From positions 1-37,540 of IMG/VR virus record IMGVR_UViG_3300021962_000275: 37,540 nt of DNA. The stretch is one strand, 5' to 3'. Under the pieces are notes generated by a model, which searched no databases, was not told the DNA's origin, and worked only from the letters and a program-made list of their open reading frames with translations. Shown here one piece after another: positions 9,601-17,237 of the stretch (position 1 is the stretch's first letter; each line of letters starts with the position of its first letter). The position numbers were made by a program, and so were the translations under genes. The stretch is from a virus (Duplodnaviria; Caudoviricetes).

Positions 9601-11328
9601 GGGGCTGAGAGGAATGCAAATAAGGTTGCAGCCGCACTTCCCCGGCGCAATATGGCCAGCTCAAAAGACGTTTCATATGACGACCAAGGTAACATCAAAT
9701 TCCGCAACAAAGAACCGAAAGACTGGACTCCAGAAGACTTTGCAGAATACGGCAAAGGATTCGGCGTCGAAAACCTTGGCCCTCTTTCAGATGTCAAAGA
9801 AATCTCCCAAGGGGTGGCTGGAAATACTGCGAGAGTGCCAGGCGGGCTAGATGGCAAATTCACATACTACGATTTACTTTGGCTGAAGTCGCATCCAGTT
9901 GACGTAAAGTCGTTGCCAGAAACAACGCATGGTCAATTGACCGCAAAGCTGGCCCGCACAATGGAGCCGGCGCCTGGAGATAAGGTTTCCAGCTTTAACG
10001 CTATTGTGTTTGGAATGCTATCTCCAAACGCTCCATTGCTGCCAAATGAAATGGGCCAGGCTCGCTTGCGCTTTGGTTCGATGGATGAAATTAAGAAATT
10101 TGCTGATTTATATCCAGACAATCCAACAAAAGAAAATCTGGTAAAATTGAATCAACAGTTGAAGCAACAACTAGGATTTATTGCTGCAGGAAAAGGTGGT
10201 CTTGGTATTCCAATCACTGCTGACTTATCAAACATCGTAAATGCTGCGCGTCTTTTCTCTAAAAATCCTGATTTCTTTGTTAAACAACCCAACGAATCGT
10301 GGGCTAATTTTGTCGATAAATTAACGACACAAGTGTCCGGTTTTGGAACCAAAACAGGATCTTTTGGATCTGTTTGGCAGGATCCTCTCAATGCATCAAT
10401 TTCCGCTATGGATCGCCATATGGCGCGAATCTTTGGTCAAGAATTATTGGGAGATCCTCAATTGCGTCAGCGTTTTGAAGGCATCATTGTTGATCGATTT
10501 AACAAATTACTTTCTGACTCCAAAAAAGTTTCATCGTCGTTTGCTAAAAAAATCAGCAACGCATCAAGCGATAAAACTAAAACAGATTTAATAAAAGAAC
10601 GAAACAAAGAGTTGGCCAAATTGCCTGATCCTACGGCAACAAAGGCAAAAAGCCTTGATGATGTACTTGGCCAGGCTGAAGTGTATGGTGCAGATCGTGT
10701 CCGTGAATTTGTAAACGAAGCAGTCTTTGCTGCTATGGGTAGCCGTAAAGCAAAACTCATAACAGCAAAAGGTGAAATCAGTGCAAATGCTCCAGAGCAC
10801 ATTCGTGATGTAAAATGGATTGAGACTCCCGCTGACTTCCAGGTAATGTCTGATGCATACAGATCTGCATTGGAAATAAATGAACGCAGAGCAAATGATT
10901 TGGGCATTGCTGTGTTTCCTGCTCAATGGACGCTTTGGGATCGCATCCGTCAGCGCGTTGAACCGCATGAAGCAATGTTTCCTGGTCTTGAAAAATTGCC
11001 GGCGCTTAATGACAAGCAATTAGCTGAAGCATATGCTGCAAATAAAGCTGCTGGTTACATGTCTACGCCAAAAGCTGGAAAACAGTGGAAGCGTAAAGAT
11101 GTTGGATCACCTTCGCAGTTGGCCTACTTCATGCCGGCCGCGCCGGCGGTAGAATTTTCCGCACCCGAGAAACTCCCCAACGGCCAAGCCTGGAGCACCG
11201 ATAATAACTACCGGGTGATCCAAAAGGAAGGCGGCAAGTACCGCGTCTACGCTCCAACCGGAGCCATGATCGGCGTTGCGGATACCTTGGACAAATCAAA
11301 GAAGCTCATTGAAAAGAGGTCACGATGA
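6604..11328 (+). CDS. large multidomain ejection protein (Gly/Ala membrane segments, HExxH zincin-like motif, HhH-glycosylase-like domain)
   Basis: 1574 aa; Gly/Ala-rich hydrophobic helices at about 7200-7790; HEMFH at 8101-8115; GFGTKTGSF...AMDRHMARIF at 10339-10434. Confidence 0.75.
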   Translation: MPTIRVEIPSRNQTIEFDQGTPESVIQDVIKRDFPRNGQDVAYEVNQMPGFSKTISDEDFSLYEKFVDQKKTDLLQTALGAAGGIVETVGKGIKGLFEIRNLSPEVAASTALESGLQGTRDLYGMVAQSEDPSSFFFKFKDLLDGTSSVAERKKQWLEARDFVEQTQKYEAGKETVSGLDPALVNNDVKNTLKLIADPTLFIPGVGEVLGAGKFGTRATGLAMKGTGAAATAVTKPLSEFIGGVGRMAGEAIGADAGKLRNVAAGAGVTGFAMGIPGVTEAAAVVGAIEGANKAGQVLERAGEQLMNAPTRIGALESLALNPNASSFDRAIAKVGRYGGDDIIDIGSRTLAGGVEGAAIGTVLGGLAGGEEGAAAGFGSGGVLGAGGAGIARVVDKASGKAAVEARHNDFNRFYENLDKDTQSKFDTVVKNSGIDGAAQVMDISGIIRGKFNDADVRFSTADEFATKYGQDARGVQIVEGERPVVDINVDKFNSQATVGHEMFHAFKAIDQLRPLAERAEQMIVGNYVIDGNGQSTRTTPGLLDDAAILKTFDDYVFKLKPDENSKWAKANTLVEKSKLIGEELGAEYMSRLIQGSDTDAMLRGFDGLTRTILDKALLSNTEGFLRRTAQSLGLGSKPIESLVFTKLEQASPALNAALRDMVRARRNMNKKIELAEDTGFAIRNRDLANPAAAKIATDMGIAETGVDGVTRMKPDDVLAQEDRVSSDALTAAIKSAPVVDVNEPRLREVDGQIVGDGISNAQLAAIQASPNIIDKVKKGITILKDSIESGNVIFIRNGKATKEIKSRLTGKTLKRYNDGVRITERDIVPYALATSQAGELFVRTFDISKARNEAMSLASRDRLGPYKADFQTFYGDLARYLNNLSDRENAVPTKELFGDAAKAAYMTDFFGGKDGTAAKYIRNFTLDRMIDMRPTGEKVSMSQLAYDRNKARFMPAENLGDSKIFNSPDSGYRIISKSNNKHSLYAPTGERIGIYDTQAGAERNANKVAAALPRRNMASSKDVSYDDQGNIKFRNKEPKDWTPEDFAEYGKGFGVENLGPLSDVKEISQGVAGNTARVPGGLDGKFTYYDLLWLKSHPVDVKSLPETTHGQLTAKLARTMEPAPGDKVSSFNAIVFGMLSPNAPLLPNEMGQARLRFGSMDEIKKFADLYPDNPTKENLVKLNQQLKQQLGFIAAGKGGLGIPITADLSNIVNAARLFSKNPDFFVKQPNESWANFVDKLTTQVSGFGTKTGSFGSVWQDPLNASISAMDRHMARIFGQELLGDPQLRQRFEGIIVDRFNKLLSDSKKVSSSFAKKISNASSDKTKTDLIKERNKELAKLPDPTATKAKSLDDVLGQAEVYGADRVREFVNEAVFAAMGSRKAKLITAKGEISANAPEHIRDVKWIETPADFQVMSDAYRSALEINERRANDLGIAVFPAQWTLWDRIRQRVEPHEAMFPGLEKLPALNDKQLAEAYAANKAAGYMSTPKAGKQWKRKDVGSPSQLAYFMPAAPAVEFSAPEKLPNGQAWSTDNNYRVIQKEGGKYRVYAPTGAMIGVADTLDKSKKLIEKRSR

Positions 11329-11741
11329 ACATCGCCGAAATGCTTTTCAATGCTGCCTCTGGCGGCGTCTTAGGATCCGCGCTGCATTGCGTGACCGACT
11401 ACTTTGACACCAAAAACAAGGTCACGCTGCTCAAGGCCAACATCGATGCAGCCGAAAAAACCGGCGCGTGGAATGCGTTTGCGGCGTCACAGAAAACTGA
11501 CGCGCCCATCGTGATCCCACCGAGCGCATCGCCCTGGGTGACGGATTTTTATTTGGCCGTTGAGGCGATCAAGCAACTCACGCGGCCACTGTTGGCATGG
11601 ATTGCCATCGTTATCATCGGCGGCGCCTATTTTTCTGGTACAGAAGCGCAACAGGTTGCCATGCAGTCCGAGGTGCTCTTTGGCAGCTTCACCGCGATCT
11701 TCTGGTATTTTGGCGCCCGCTACTCGAGGACATCAAAATGA
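11325..11741 (+). CDS. holin-like membrane protein
   Basis: 138 aa with hydrophobic segments (TRPLLAWIAIVIIGGAYF; VLFGSFTAIFWYFGAR) resembling 3-TM holin families; ATGA overlap with upstream gene. Confidence 0.65.
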   Translation: MNIAEMLFNAASGGVLGSALHCVTDYFDTKNKVTLLKANIDAAEKTGAWNAFAASQKTDAPIVIPPSASPWVTDFYLAVEAIKQLTRPLLAWIAIVIIGGAYFSGTEAQQVAMQSEVLFGSFTAIFWYFGARYSRTSK

Positions 11742-11965
11742 GCGACGACTACAATCCTAACAGCACTGATTCAATGTTTGCCCGCGTGCTGCAGCGCATG
11801 GACGCTCAGGATCAGATCCTTGAGGAGATCCGCACCCAAGTAACCAAGACCAATGGTCGCGTCACGGTGCTCGAACATGAGAAGTGGTATCAGCGCGGCA
11901 TCATCGCAACGATCACCGCCGGCATCTTGATGCTTTGGGAAGCGATCAAGTATTCTAACAAGTGA
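11738..11965 (+). CDS. small coiled-coil plus single-TM protein (XhlA/holin-like), 75 aa
   Basis: Start moved to ATG 11738 (ATGA overlap): MSDDYNP...KTNGRVTVLE...GIIATITAGILMLWEAIK. Confidence 0.7.
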   Translation: MSDDYNPNSTDSMFARVLQRMDAQDQILEEIRTQVTKTNGRVTVLEHEKWYQRGIIATITAGILMLWEAIKYSNK

Positions 11966-12825
11966 AAACTACCGGCCTCTTTACCACGCATCGAATTGAA
12001 ATCGAGGCCGAGTTAAATAAACCGTTTAAACTGATTCCATTTGGGGACATTCATCGCGACAGCGACATGTTTTGTCCCGACACTTGGAAGCGTTTTTTAA
12101 CTTACGCCAAAAAACAAAAGAACGCTGTTTTTTTGGGAATGGGTGATTACACCGATGGCTTTTCGACGAGCGAACGCATCGTGATTAACGATGCAAATAT
12201 GCACGATACGTCGAGACGATCTATTGGCAACATGTACAAAGGCGTGGCTAAGACGCTGGTAAACGAACTATCGTTTATGCGTGGTCGCATGATCGGCATG
12301 CTTGGCGGTAATCACTATTTTGCTTTTGATGATGGCGATACCACCGACCACATCATGGCCGCGGCACTTGGTACAAAATTTCTTGGGGTTTGCTCATTTA
12401 TTCGTTTGTCGATACGATTTAAAAATCGCGGTACAAAAAAGAGTTTGGATATTTTTGCTCATCACGGCAAAGGCGGCGGTGGCCTACCGGGATCTACGTT
12501 TAACACGCTTGAGAAAATGTCGTCCACCGCGGTGGCTGATTTTTATTTGATGGGCCACGATCATAAAAAGGGCTGCATACCATCGACACCTCGATTGGTG
12601 CTCAACAGTAGTGGCGGCAAAGAATTGACCGTACAGGAACGCACACCGTGGTTGGGACGCACTGGCTCGTTTTTACGCGCATACGAGAATGGTCGCGTGT
12701 CTTACAATGTCGATGCCGGCAGATCTCCATCAACGCTAGGCTGGATCGAATTTGAAATCATACCTCGACGTAATTGCAAAAAAGATAACGACGAAATCTT
12801 TTTTGAAATTCGCGGCACGTCATAA
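11962..12825 (+). CDS. calcineurin-like metallophosphoesterase
   Basis: Ordered motifs GDIH, GDYTD, GNH, HH, GHDH; GTG start overlapping the upstream stop. Confidence 0.85.
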   Translation: MKTTGLFTTHRIEIEAELNKPFKLIPFGDIHRDSDMFCPDTWKRFLTYAKKQKNAVFLGMGDYTDGFSTSERIVINDANMHDTSRRSIGNMYKGVAKTLVNELSFMRGRMIGMLGGNHYFAFDDGDTTDHIMAAALGTKFLGVCSFIRLSIRFKNRGTKKSLDIFAHHGKGGGGLPGSTFNTLEKMSSTAVADFYLMGHDHKKGCIPSTPRLVLNSSGGKELTVQERTPWLGRTGSFLRAYENGRVSYNVDAGRSPSTLGWIEFEIIPRRNCKKDNDEIFFEIRGTS

Positions 12826-12833
12826 AAAATAAC

Positions 12834-12862
12834 TTGACGTTGGGTTTCACGGCGCTCAATTT
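12834..12862 (+). promoter_or_regulatory. putative sigma70-type promoter
   Basis: TTGACG-17 bp-CAATTT preceded by an A-tract; ATG at 12872; -10 box imperfect. Confidence 0.5.
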
Positions 12863-12871
12863 GGCGACTTA

Positions 12872-13228
12872 ATGAAATACCTCGTACTCCTCGTCGCTCT
12901 GGCGGCGCCATTAAAAGCGGATCTTTGGCAGGCCATCTGCAAGGTCGAAAGCAACAACAACCCTAGGGCAATCGGTGATCAGGGGCGCGCTGTTGGAATA
13001 GCTCAGATCTGGCCCATAACCGTGAAGGATGCCAACAGGATCTCCAAAAAGAATTACACTTTAAACGACCGATATGATCCGATTAAATCACGTGAGATGT
13101 TTGTCATCATTACTGAGCACTACGGCAAAGGCAAGAGCGACGAGACCAAGGCCCGCATATGGAATGCTGGCCCCAAGCGTGCTCATCTGGCCGACAAATA
13201 TTGGGCAAAAGTAAAGGCGGCGTTATGA
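12872..13228 (+). CDS. lysozyme-fold lytic transglycosylase / lysin with signal peptide
   Basis: MKYLVLLVALAAPLKA signal-like N-terminus; AICKVES (catalytic Glu), GIAQI, ARIWNAGP, KYW motifs. Confidence 0.85.
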   Translation: MKYLVLLVALAAPLKADLWQAICKVESNNNPRAIGDQGRAVGIAQIWPITVKDANRISKKNYTLNDRYDPIKSREMFVIITEHYGKGKSDETKARIWNAGPKRAHLADKYWAKVKAAL

Positions 13229-13692
13229 GCAATCTCATCATCGCAGTCGATCCGGGTGCATCTGGCGGCATTGCGTGGGACAACCACGGCGCCATTGGTG
13301 CTGCTGGTATGCCGGTCAGCGTCTGTGATGTTATTGATCTGATGCGCGGTCTAGTCGTCGGCAATCCACACCCAGAGATCTGGATCGAGGACATCCCAAA
13401 ATTTGTCGGCAAGGCGATCCCATCATCGTCGGCTGCGGTTCTTTTTCGTAACTTTGGCTACATTGAAGGCGCCGCCACCGCGCTCGGAATCCGCGTCGTG
13501 TTGGTCAAGCCGCACGACTGGCAGAAGCATTTTAAGCTCGGCACCAAAAAAGATTGCTCTGGCACCACCGAGTGGAAAAACAAGTTGAAGTCAGAAGCAG
13601 TTCGGCGTTTTCCGACACTCGACGTCACGCTCAAGACCGCTGATGCGTTGCTGATCTTGGATTACGCCAAGTCAGTCAATCCAACCAAATAA
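13225..13692 (+). CDS. ruvC: RuvC-like Holliday junction resolvase
   Basis: Start at ATG 13225 (ATGA overlap); IIAVDPGASGG, WIED, FGYIEG, PHDWQK, ADALLI motifs. Confidence 0.8.
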   Translation: MSNLIIAVDPGASGGIAWDNHGAIGAAGMPVSVCDVIDLMRGLVVGNPHPEIWIEDIPKFVGKAIPSSSAAVLFRNFGYIEGAATALGIRVVLVKPHDWQKHFKLGTKKDCSGTTEWKNKLKSEAVRRFPTLDVTLKTADALLILDYAKSVNPTK

Positions 13693-13774
13693 GAAAGGCG
13701 GCGCCAGCTTTACGCCAACGCCGCCCCCAATGAATCCCCGCTCGCACTAGAGCACATCACTTTTTCTCAGTCCA

Positions 13775-14569
13775 ATGAATAACCCAACATACACAATCGC
13801 CACGCAAGGTGGCCAATCGCAACACATCGCGCTCCATGAGCAAGATGTCTATAACCGCATGAGCGATCCGCTCGCTGCAGTTGAAAGGCTGGGCGAGATC
13901 ATCGCATCCAGCGGAATGTTCGGCTGCACTAAGGTGGAGCAGGGCCAGGTGCTCGCGCTCCAGTGCATCAGCGAAAAGAAGCCACCACTCGAGTTGGCCA
14001 AGACCTACCACATGATCGAAGGCAAGCTCTCGATGCGTGCTGATGCCATGCTGGCCAAATTCCAGTTGAGTGGCGGTACCGTCAAGTGGACGAAGCGCGA
14101 CGACAAGGTTGTCGAGGCCACATTCACGCTCCGCGGCAATTCGCTTCCGTTCAGCGCCAAGCTCGAGGACTTTGTGACCAACGGCGTGGCTGTCTCACGC
14201 GATGGCAAGATGAAGGACAACTGGCGCAAATTTCCACGCCAGATGCTCACCGCCCGCGTCATTTCTGAGGCCGTGCGTCTCCTGGCGCCCGAGGTCGTAT
14301 TCGGCGTCTACACGCCCGAGGAGATCCAAGACTCCAACAACTCGGCGCCGGCTCAGGATCCGATCAAGGTCGAGCCAATCGTTGAATCCTACGCTGACCA
14401 GCTTTCTGCGATCTTGATCGACCACGAACAGAGCGTTAATGCCTACCTGATCGCCAAAAAACAAATCAGCGAGGGTCAGACCTTCCGCGATGTCGCTCCT
14501 GATTTTGCCAAAAAGATCCTCAGCAATTCCAAAATGTTCCTCGAAGCCGTAACCTCTCAATCCAAATAA
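13775..14569 (+). CDS. RecT/Beta-like single-strand annealing protein
   Basis: HMIEGKLSMRADAM, NWRKFPRQMLTARVISEAVR, GVYTPEEI; near a RecE-like exonuclease. Confidence 0.8.
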   Translation: MNNPTYTIATQGGQSQHIALHEQDVYNRMSDPLAAVERLGEIIASSGMFGCTKVEQGQVLALQCISEKKPPLELAKTYHMIEGKLSMRADAMLAKFQLSGGTVKWTKRDDKVVEATFTLRGNSLPFSAKLEDFVTNGVAVSRDGKMKDNWRKFPRQMLTARVISEAVRLLAPEVVFGVYTPEEIQDSNNSAPAQDPIKVEPIVESYADQLSAILIDHEQSVNAYLIAKKQISEGQTFRDVAPDFAKKILSNSKMFLEAVTSQSK

Positions 14570-14572
14570 ACC

Positions 14573-14965
14573 ATGCACCAACTAGCTGTCACCCTCCTCA
14601 CTGCAAAATTATACTCCTGTAACGCCTATGTCATCAACGACGAAGACGCCTTTGAAGAAGGCTGCAAACAATACGGCGAAGAGTTCGAGCATGTCATTGA
14701 ACGAATTATGTTCGATGGCGAAAAGCCCGACATCCAAAAGATCCTCCAAGAAGCGAGCGCCGAAGCCGGCTCCTACGCTTCCGATTCATTCGAGGATCCT
14801 GCAATTTGCGCTACTGTTCTGCTTGGCCTTGAGCAGGCCATCATGGCGCTTCTCGAAGCCGAGTACGAAGCCGCACCGCTCGGCTGGCAAAGTCGTCTGA
14901 TGCACATGGCAAAGTGCAGCGACGAACGTGTCTCCGAGTACGTTGAAATCCAAAACGAAGAATAA
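14573..14965 (+). CDS. acidic hypothetical protein (130 aa)
   Basis: Fills the gap between recombinase and exonuclease; about 27 D/E versus 8 K/R by hand count. Confidence 0.7.
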   Translation: MHQLAVTLLTAKLYSCNAYVINDEDAFEEGCKQYGEEFEHVIERIMFDGEKPDIQKILQEASAEAGSYASDSFEDPAICATVLLGLEQAIMALLEAEYEAAPLGWQSRLMHMAKCSDERVSEYVEIQNEE

Positions 14966-14974
14966 TCCCACCCA

Positions 14975-15775
14975 ATGAATCCCAACATCTACTACAATCT
15001 GTCCGCAGAAAATTATCACAAGTCTGACGGCATCTCCAAGTCTGGCCTCGACCAGTTTCGTAAATCGCCGGCGCACTACAAGCACTGGCTCACCGCAGAA
15101 CGAGAGGAGACGCCGGCCATGCGCTTGGGTACGCTTACCCACATGAGCGTTTTCCAGCCCGAGCTGTACGCTGACCGCGTCGTCATCGCTCCCATCGTGG
15201 ATCGTCGCACCAAAGAAGGCAAAAGCATATGGGAGCAGTTCAAGGCCGAGAACGAGGGCAAAGACATCATCACGCACGACGATGCATCACAGATTCACGC
15301 GATGACTCAGAGCGTGCGTCAGCATCCGGTGGTCAAGAAGCTACTCAACACCGGCGCCGCCGAGGTTTCTTTGTTCGCCAAGATCGATGGCATTTTGATG
15401 AAAGGCCGGCTCGACTACGTTACCAACGAGACGATCCTAGATCTTAAGACCACCGAGGACGCGACGCCAGCAGGATTCGCCCGCAGCGTGGCCAACTATC
15501 GCTACCACGTCCAGGCGGCGCACTACCTGGCACTCGGAAAGGAACTCGGCATGAACCTGACACGATTTCTTTTTGTAGCTGTAGAAAAAGAGGCGCCCTA
15601 TGCCGTCGCCGTGTACGAGCTGGACACCGCGGATCTGATGCTGGCCGAGGCCGAGCGTCAGAAGCAAATTGCCATGCTCGGCAACTGCATCGCGTTCGAC
15701 TCCTGGCCATCGTATTCATCCGAGGTCAAAACACTTTCGCTCCCAAAATGGGCGACTTCACAAAACAACCAATAA
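14975..15775 (+). CDS. RecE / exonuclease VIII-like PD-(D/E)XK nuclease (DUF3799 type)
   Basis: YH..ISKSGL..F..SPAHY, GTLTH, KGRLD, ILDLKTT, YRYHVQAAHY, FVAVEKEAPY. Confidence 0.9.
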   Translation: MNPNIYYNLSAENYHKSDGISKSGLDQFRKSPAHYKHWLTAEREETPAMRLGTLTHMSVFQPELYADRVVIAPIVDRRTKEGKSIWEQFKAENEGKDIITHDDASQIHAMTQSVRQHPVVKKLLNTGAAEVSLFAKIDGILMKGRLDYVTNETILDLKTTEDATPAGFARSVANYRYHVQAAHYLALGKELGMNLTRFLFVAVEKEAPYAVAVYELDTADLMLAEAERQKQIAMLGNCIAFDSWPSYSSEVKTLSLPKWATSQNNQ

Positions 15776-15796
15776 TCCCAAACCAACTAAAAAATC

Positions 15797-16213
15797 ATGG
15801 CACTATTCAAAGTAGACCGTTCCTCCGCTTCCACAAAATCGTTTGATGCTCCCGGCATCTACTCGACCGAAATCGTGAAGGCTGAGGCATCACTCACCAC
15901 GAAAGGTGAAGACCTCGTTAAACTGATCTTCCGCGGCGAAGACGGCAGCGTGGCGTCTGATAATTTCCTCAACCGTGAGTCTGTCTGGTGGCGCGTTAAT
16001 TCGCTGCTGGCTGCGCTTCCGCTGATCAAGATCAGCGAAGGCCAAGAACTCGATTTTTCCAAAGCCAAGGTCTTCCAAGACTTCGTGAGCCAGTTCGTTG
16101 GCCAGAAGGTGAAGATCAAGCTTGAGGAAGAGACCTGGGTCAAAGAGGACACCAAGGAAGAAAAGAAGACGCTGAAGATTAAGAAATATCTGCCAGAAAC
16201 CAACCCGTTCTAA
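15797..16213 (+). CDS. putative ssDNA-binding protein (DUF669-like)
   Basis: PGIY...IVKAE...TKGE start, OB-like strands, C-terminal ETNPF tail; follows the recombination genes. Confidence 0.65.
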   Translation: MALFKVDRSSASTKSFDAPGIYSTEIVKAEASLTTKGEDLVKLIFRGEDGSVASDNFLNRESVWWRVNSLLAALPLIKISEGQELDFSKAKVFQDFVSQFVGQKVKIKLEEETWVKEDTKEEKKTLKIKKYLPETNPF

Positions 16214-16254
16214 CGGGTGCAGGGGCGCGACTGTTCAACGCGCAAATTTTCCCA

Positions 16255-17184
16255 ATGACATGGATACTCCCCAAACAATTACACACGTTAGTCTCTGCGC
16301 TGGATACGGAGGCATTGATCTCGGACTTAAACGAGCAATCCCAGATCTGCGCACAATCGCTTTTAGCGAGATCGAAAGTTACGCCTGCGCGAACTTGGTC
16401 GCTAAAATGGAAGCGGGACTCTTGGACGCAGCACCTATCTGGACGAATCTTAAGACCTTCCCTTGGTCAGAGTTTCGTGGAAAGGTGGACATCCTCTCTG
16501 GCGGCTACCCATGCCAGCCATTCTCCGCCGCCGGCAAACGTCTTGGCACAGAAGATCCCAGACACCTGTGGCCATTCATCGCAGATGGGATTCGACTTAT
16601 GCAGCCTCGAGTTTGCTTCTTTGAGAACGTCGAAGGACACATCAGCCTCGGACTCCGAGCAGTCATTGAAGAACTGGGAAGCCTCGGTTACGAAACGACG
16701 TGGGGCATATTCAGCGCGAGTGAAGTTGGCGCTCCGCACCAAAGAAAGCGGATCTTCATCTTGGCCCACCTCATCGACGAGAGATTACAAGGGCGGCTAT
16801 GTGGGAGGACGCATCAGGAATGGAAAGATATCAATGGATACGTTGGATGTGGCGGTGCAGGCAGTGGAATCTGGCCTAGTCGTCCCGGCGAGCACCAGTA
16901 CGGATGGGAACCGCCCCGAGTCGTGGGCAACTCCGAAAGCCAGCGACCCACAACACAGCGGGCCAAACATGAGGGACTCAGCGGGGAATTATGCGCTACC
17001 AGCGCAAGCAGTGAGAACATCATTGGCGACAGGCAAATTAAACCCTCGTTGGGTGGAGACGCTGATGGGTCTACCAGTGGGCTGGACTATGCCGAGCTGT
17101 CAGTCACCTGTGACAATCGTACCGACGAACTCCGACTCCTTGGCAACGGAGTCGTCCCAGCCACCGCAACCCGAGCTTTTTTAA
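16255..17184 (+). CDS. overlapping alternative-frame ORF, putative methyltransferase beta polypeptide (true start may be internal)
   Basis: 309 codons open inside the MTase gene; SWPTSS and SWATPKA motifs and motif-IX-like LNPRWVETLMGLPVGWT (17038-17088). Confidence 0.65.
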   Translation: MTWILPKQLHTLVSALDTEALISDLNEQSQICAQSLLARSKVTPARTWSLKWKRDSWTQHLSGRILRPSLGQSFVERWTSSLAATHASHSPPPANVLAQKIPDTCGHSSQMGFDLCSLEFASLRTSKDTSASDSEQSLKNWEASVTKRRGAYSARVKLALRTKESGSSSWPTSSTRDYKGGYVGGRIRNGKISMDTLDVAVQAVESGLVVPASTSTDGNRPESWATPKASDPQHSGPNMRDSAGNYALPAQAVRTSLATGKLNPRWVETLMGLPVGWTMPSCQSPVTIVPTNSDSLATESSQPPQPELF

Positions 17185-17237
17185 CTTTAGTGGAAGAACT
17201 CAATGAATCTCCGTCCATATCAACAAGCAGCCGTTGA
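16260..17237 (+). CDS. C5-cytosine DNA methyltransferase, main (alpha) polypeptide
   Basis: Motif I SLCAGYGG, IV GGYPCQPFS, VI ENV, VIII PHQRKRIF, X LLGNGVVP. Confidence 0.92.
   Translation: MDTPQTITHVSLCAGYGGIDLGLKRAIPDLRTIAFSEIESYACANLVAKMEAGLLDAAPIWTNLKTFPWSEFRGKVDILSGGYPCQPFSAAGKRLGTEDPRHLWPFIADGIRLMQPRVCFFENVEGHISLGLRAVIEELGSLGYETTWGIFSASEVGAPHQRKRIFILAHLIDERLQGRLCGRTHQEWKDINGYVGCGGAGSGIWPSRPGEHQYGWEPPRVVGNSESQRPTTQRAKHEGLSGELCATSASSENIIGDRQIKPSLGGDADGSTSGLDYAELSVTCDNRTDELRLLGNGVVPATATRAFLTLVEELNESPSISTSSR

Noticed and set aside
13697-13725. GGCGGCG/CGCCGCC hairpin as intrinsic terminator
   Set aside because: Large loop and no U tract on the coding strand; function unclear
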